Source: a virus (lineage: Duplodnaviria > Caudoviricetes). From it: a stretch of 37,662 nucleotides of DNA. The position numbers and the translations under genes are program-made. Shown one piece after another: positions 34,357-37,662 of the stretch. The stretch lies in IMG/VR virus record IMGVR_UViG_3300047157_000191, positions 1 to 37,662 of that record. One strand, 5' to 3'. Under the pieces are notes generated by a model. It saw only the letters and a list, made by a program, of their open reading frames with translations, was not told where the DNA came from and did no database searches. Within the stretch, counting starts at the first letter, position 1, and the number at the start of each line of letters is the position of its first letter.

Positions 34357-35339
34357 ATGTTAAGGAATTGCCTCCATTTTTCAGTTACGCGAACAGAGTC
34401 CCAATTACGATAAGCCATCGCCTTTTGGCACTCACTTATGTCCCTCATTTTTTGAGGTGATGAATCTAGAAATGCTGAAGCTTTATCAATCATGTCATCG
34501 TCGTTTTCCGCTAGTTGTTCAGGGAGCAAAAGATCATTTATCTCGCTAGGCCAGCCTAGGTCTTTATAAGAGACTACAGGCAATCCCGTGAACATTGCTT
34601 CCATCAGTGAAAGAGTGTAAGGCGCAGGATAAGTCCCCCCATACCAGCAAGCATTATGGTTCCTCATGTGAGTCAACATCTCAGCGTAGCTGGGTATACC
34701 TCGAGAGTTCTCGGTTCCTTCGTTTCCTGTGCCGTAAAGCCTTACAGGAATGCTCCTCTGCATATGGTGCCACCTAAGGTAATTGCAGTTCTTGTCCCTA
34801 AATTTAATAGACTGCACGGTTGTCATGAGTTCCTTAAGACCACCAGCCCACTTAGGGAAGTCTTCCCTGAATTTGCAGAAAGGAATCAGTGCGTCTTCTT
34901 TTATTTTACAATCATAATTGTTCACCTTGCTATACCGAATTAACTTTACTCCGAGCTCTTTTATGCGGTGCAAGTGTTCATCGTTCTTTTCGTTGATTTG
35001 GCCAATGTCTCTCCAAATAACATTCCTTCCCTTGAGCACTTCCTGATTCTTAATAATCCAGTCAAAATTATGCATGACGATTATTGTATCGAAGCAGTCT
35101 AGAAGCTCTTCACTTAAATGCTCCCTGTGATCTATTCCTTTCCTGTTTTCCAGAATCCGGTGGAACGCTTTAACCCACTCTGGCTTATAATCAAGCTTGA
35201 TACCGGGCCTCGTTGTTGTTGGTTTACCGCTCTCAAAGTAAGCTCCCATAGGCATTACCTTAACGCCGGGAATCGTTAGAAACATTCGTAGCTCATCAAA
35301 TTCAAGGACCTCGTGACAGGACAGATATAGTATGTTCAT
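34353..35339 (-). CDS. glycosyltransferase, GT-B/GT4-like
   Basis: MNILYLS start; PYTLSLMEAMFTGLPVV. Confidence 0.8.
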   Translation of the reverse strand: MNILYLSCHEVLEFDELRMFLTIPGVKVMPMGAYFESGKPTTTRPGIKLDYKPEWVKAFHRILENRKGIDHREHLSEELLDCFDTIIVMHNFDWIIKNQEVLKGRNVIWRDIGQINEKNDEHLHRIKELGVKLIRYSKVNNYDCKIKEDALIPFCKFREDFPKWAGGLKELMTTVQSIKFRDKNCNYLRWHHMQRSIPVRLYGTGNEGTENSRGIPSYAEMLTHMRNHNACWYGGTYPAPYTLSLMEAMFTGLPVVSYKDLGWPSEINDLLLPEQLAENDDDMIDKASAFLDSSPQKMRDISECQKAMAYRNWDSVRVTEKWRQFLNI

Positions 35340-35411
35340 CGCAACGCAACTCTACGCCGCATCTGTTTTTATTTAAACAAAAAACTTGTCAAGCCAAAGA
35401 CGTTTGCTACG

Positions 35412-35759
35412 TTGGTCACCGTGAAGCACGGAGTTGAAAGAATTAAAGAGGTGACAGGTAGCGGTAATTTGCTGGAGAGCACTCTTACCCGCAAGCTGTG
35501 CCACTACGTGTTACGGCAGGTTACTGGAAAGAGCTTTACAGATGTTGGTAAGGCCACTGGCAACGGTTACCACATAGCACGAGGCGACTGGCTGGCAATT
35601 AGCAGCTACCGCAATCAAGAGATCTGGAACTGGATACAGGCTGTTGAAGAATACGCCATTGGGTTTCACTTCAAGGCCCTGCACTGTCACAGAGCTGCCT
35701 GCAAGAACCTGTCCACCAGACCTACCTTATGTCATGACGGACTGGCTTCCAGACAATGA
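35412..35759 (+). CDS. putative DnaA C-terminal-like HTH protein
   Basis: RKLCHYVLRQVTGKSFTDVGKATGNGYH resembles the DnaA domain IV pattern; start uncertain. Confidence 0.45.
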   Translation: MVTVKHGVERIKEVTGSGNLLESTLTRKLCHYVLRQVTGKSFTDVGKATGNGYHIARGDWLAISSYRNQEIWNWIQAVEEYAIGFHFKALHCHRAACKNLSTRPTLCHDGLASRQ

Positions 35760-35946
35760 CGACAGTTTATTCAACTCTGAGTTTGGCAGGGTTACCAACC
35801 GAGAGTGGGTAATTTTTGAGGCAGACCGGATGCAGGAAACAACAGGGCTACCGCACAGGGCCTGCATGTCGAAGGGGCATGTGGCCATAGCACAGAACAA
35901 TAAGGCAGACACTCAATCACAAGGTGCATATTCAATCGATCAATAA
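35734..35946 (+). CDS. hypothetical protein
   Basis: MTDWLPDNDD...; ATG at 35734 preferred. Confidence 0.6.
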   Translation: MTDWLPDNDDSLFNSEFGRVTNREWVIFEADRMQETTGLPHRACMSKGHVAIAQNNKADTQSQGAYSIDQ

Positions 35947-36194
35947 TATGAAAACAAGCAATATTAAATTAACCACGATAGAAGATATAGAGAACCTACG
36001 ATTGCGACAGACAGTTTACGTATAGCAAGGAAGCATCATTTGTTTGTGACGCTATTGGCAGACAATATTACTGCCCGTGATGATGCTAAATTTATAGGCC
36101 TGCTACAGCACCTTTCGGGACGCAAAGACAAGTGGGGTCCCGTATTCGATCTGTGCTCGCAGTATATAGATCAAAACAGTCACAAAAAGTATTG

Positions 36195-36560
36195 ATGAAC
36201 AGTAAAGATAAAGGCAAGCGAGGCGAGAGAATGTGGGTCAAGGTCCTTCAGTTCTTTGGCTACACAGCGAAGCGCACAGGCTTCCACCAGAGCCAGCAGG
36301 GCCACGATGCACCAGACGTAACCTGCCACGATCTTCCTGTTCACTGGGAAGTTAAGAACACCGAGAAAGCCTTGATCAGAGACTGGCTGGCGCAGTCAGA
36401 GGGAGACGCAAAGGATTACGAGATTCCTTGCGTGGTATGGAAAAAAAACCACGGTAAGTGGATAGCAATTTTACAGGCAGAGCACTTGTTAACAATTTTT
36501 CAGTGCTGCGACATCAAAGCATTGGAGGAACAAATACAAACAAACAATAAAAGTATATGA
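36195..36560 (+). CDS. PD-(D/E)xK Holliday junction resolvase-like nuclease
   Basis: MNSKDKGKRGER...APDV...WEVK. Confidence 0.8.
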   Translation: MNSKDKGKRGERMWVKVLQFFGYTAKRTGFHQSQQGHDAPDVTCHDLPVHWEVKNTEKALIRDWLAQSEGDAKDYEIPCVVWKKNHGKWIAILQAEHLLTIFQCCDIKALEEQIQTNNKSI

Positions 36561-37153
36561 AGCTAGAATACAATACTGGAAGAAGAGAACGGAAAATGGT
36601 CCCCGAAGGTTCCCAAGTGGCAAGGCTCTACGGAATCGTAGACCTAGGAACACAGGACACTTTCTATGGCCCTAAAAAGCAGGTTGCTCTGATGTATGAG
36701 CTACCTGATGAGACACACGTATTCCGAGAGGAAGACGGGCCGCAGCCTATGGGCAGGTGCAAAATAGAGACAGCTTCTCTTAACGAGAAATCAAATCTAT
36801 TAAAGCAGCTCAAGGCGCTGAATGGAAAAGCGTTTACAGACAAGGAACTGGCCGCTGGTATTACTTTAGAAGACCAGCTAGGCAAGCCCTGCCTTGTGAG
36901 CGTTGTCCACCGTAAGGGTAAAGACGGGCAGATGTATGACAACATCGATTCGGTAACAGCTTTGCCCAAAGGAATGGAAGCAAAAGAGCTCACCAACGAG
37001 CCTTATAATTACGACATCTGCGAGAGCAATGCTGGCTGGGACCGAGTCCCAGAGTGGATGAAGAATAAGATCAAGGAGAGCCCTGAATACATTTCAACCT
37101 TTGGAGGACAAGATGAAGCTATCGAATCAGAAGCAACTTCTGCCCCCTTCTAA
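36557..37153 (+). CDS. putative single-stranded DNA-binding protein
   Basis: IVDLGTQ, LGKPCLVSV, acidic tail ending PF; next to the RecE-like gene. Confidence 0.65.
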   Translation: MKLEYNTGRRERKMVPEGSQVARLYGIVDLGTQDTFYGPKKQVALMYELPDETHVFREEDGPQPMGRCKIETASLNEKSNLLKQLKALNGKAFTDKELAAGITLEDQLGKPCLVSVVHRKGKDGQMYDNIDSVTALPKGMEAKELTNEPYNYDICESNAGWDRVPEWMKNKIKESPEYISTFGGQDEAIESEATSAPF

Positions 37154-37662
37154 GTTTGAGACGGGTTGTTACTACAACTTAGCGGAGTCAGTCTACCGGG
37201 CTGACCCCGCCCTCTCCACCTCTGATCTGAAGCTCATTGAAAATCCGTATGAGTTCCATCAGAAAATCAAGGGAAACGCACCTGCTATCGACTCGCCAGC
37301 AATGAGGTTTGGCAGGCTGGTCCACAGCCTGATTCTTGAGCCTGACGAGTTCGACAGCATCTACTCTGTTTGTCCTGAGGACCGTCAGAATCGCAGACTG
37401 GTCAAGAACAGGGACTGGTGGAAAGAACAAGAGCAGGCAGGCAAGGAGATTGTCAAGCAAGTCGAGGTCGATGACGCGAAGGCTATGTCGAGACAGTTCT
37501 GGCGGCTCCCTATAGTGAGAGACCTCAAGGAGTATAAGACAGAGTCATCTATCTTTGTCAGAAACTATCGAGGCATCTCCGATGTGAAGTGCCGAATAGA
37601 CATGAAGTCAGGACCTGTAGTCATTGACCTGAAAACCACGGCTCCCGGTGGAGCTCATCCTC
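37113..37662 (+). CDS. RecE/exonuclease VIII-like PD-(D/E)xK nuclease (DUF3799-like), partial
   Basis: GGAGGA RBS and ATG at 37113; YRADPALSTSDLK, AMRFGRLVHSLILEPDEF, KCRID, IDLKTT; runs off the window. Confidence 0.85.
   Translation, partial: MKLSNQKQLLPPSKFETGCYYNLAESVYRADPALSTSDLKLIENPYEFHQKIKGNAPAIDSPAMRFGRLVHSLILEPDEFDSIYSVCPEDRQNRRLVKNRDWWKEQEQAGKEIVKQVEVDDAKAMSRQFWRLPIVRDLKEYKTESSIFVRNYRGISDVKCRIDMKSGPVVIDLKTTAPGGAHP

Noticed and set aside
450-37460. Many short antisense or nested ORFs in the track
   Set aside because: They lie within longer motif-bearing genes and show no motifs; treated as shadow ORFs.
1-37662. Prophage status, tRNA genes or a specific host assignment
   Set aside because: No integrase, att site, host gene or cloverleaf was recognised; A-rich leaders with few Shine-Dalgarno sites are not enough to name a host.

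Overview
The window is a contiguous piece of a tailed dsDNA phage genome with short-tail (podovirus-type) gene order; I recognised no host genes, rRNA, tRNA, CRISPR array or integrase. Order: probable end of the small terminase, large terminase and portal (+); a ~6.3 kb inverted block of mostly small accessory genes (-, 4519-10822); scaffold, major capsid, decoration protein, adaptor, LamG fibre, holin/spanin-like genes, a glycosyltransferase, nozzle, two fibre-like genes and the ejection module (+); an inverted glycosyltransferase pair (-); and the start of a recombination module (resolvase, SSB-like, RecE-like; +). Three things stand out. (1) A DDxxD isoprenoid-synthase-like gene overlaps the first ejection gene, whose product starts Met-Gly and ends in a Cys-led CFI-box-CTERM-like domain: a candidate phage protein prenylation system. 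(2) A 2006-aa internal virion protein has zincin, ADP-ribosyltransferase, unknown and methyltransferase modules separated by a recurring [R/K]FSP-like motif. (3) The inverted block looks cassette-like: a duplicated promoter/operator/leader, three identical UUCG hairpins, four genes starting MND[K/Q]I and a terminal XRE regulator (acr-aca-like layout). All functional calls come from motif recognition by eye; no searches were run.
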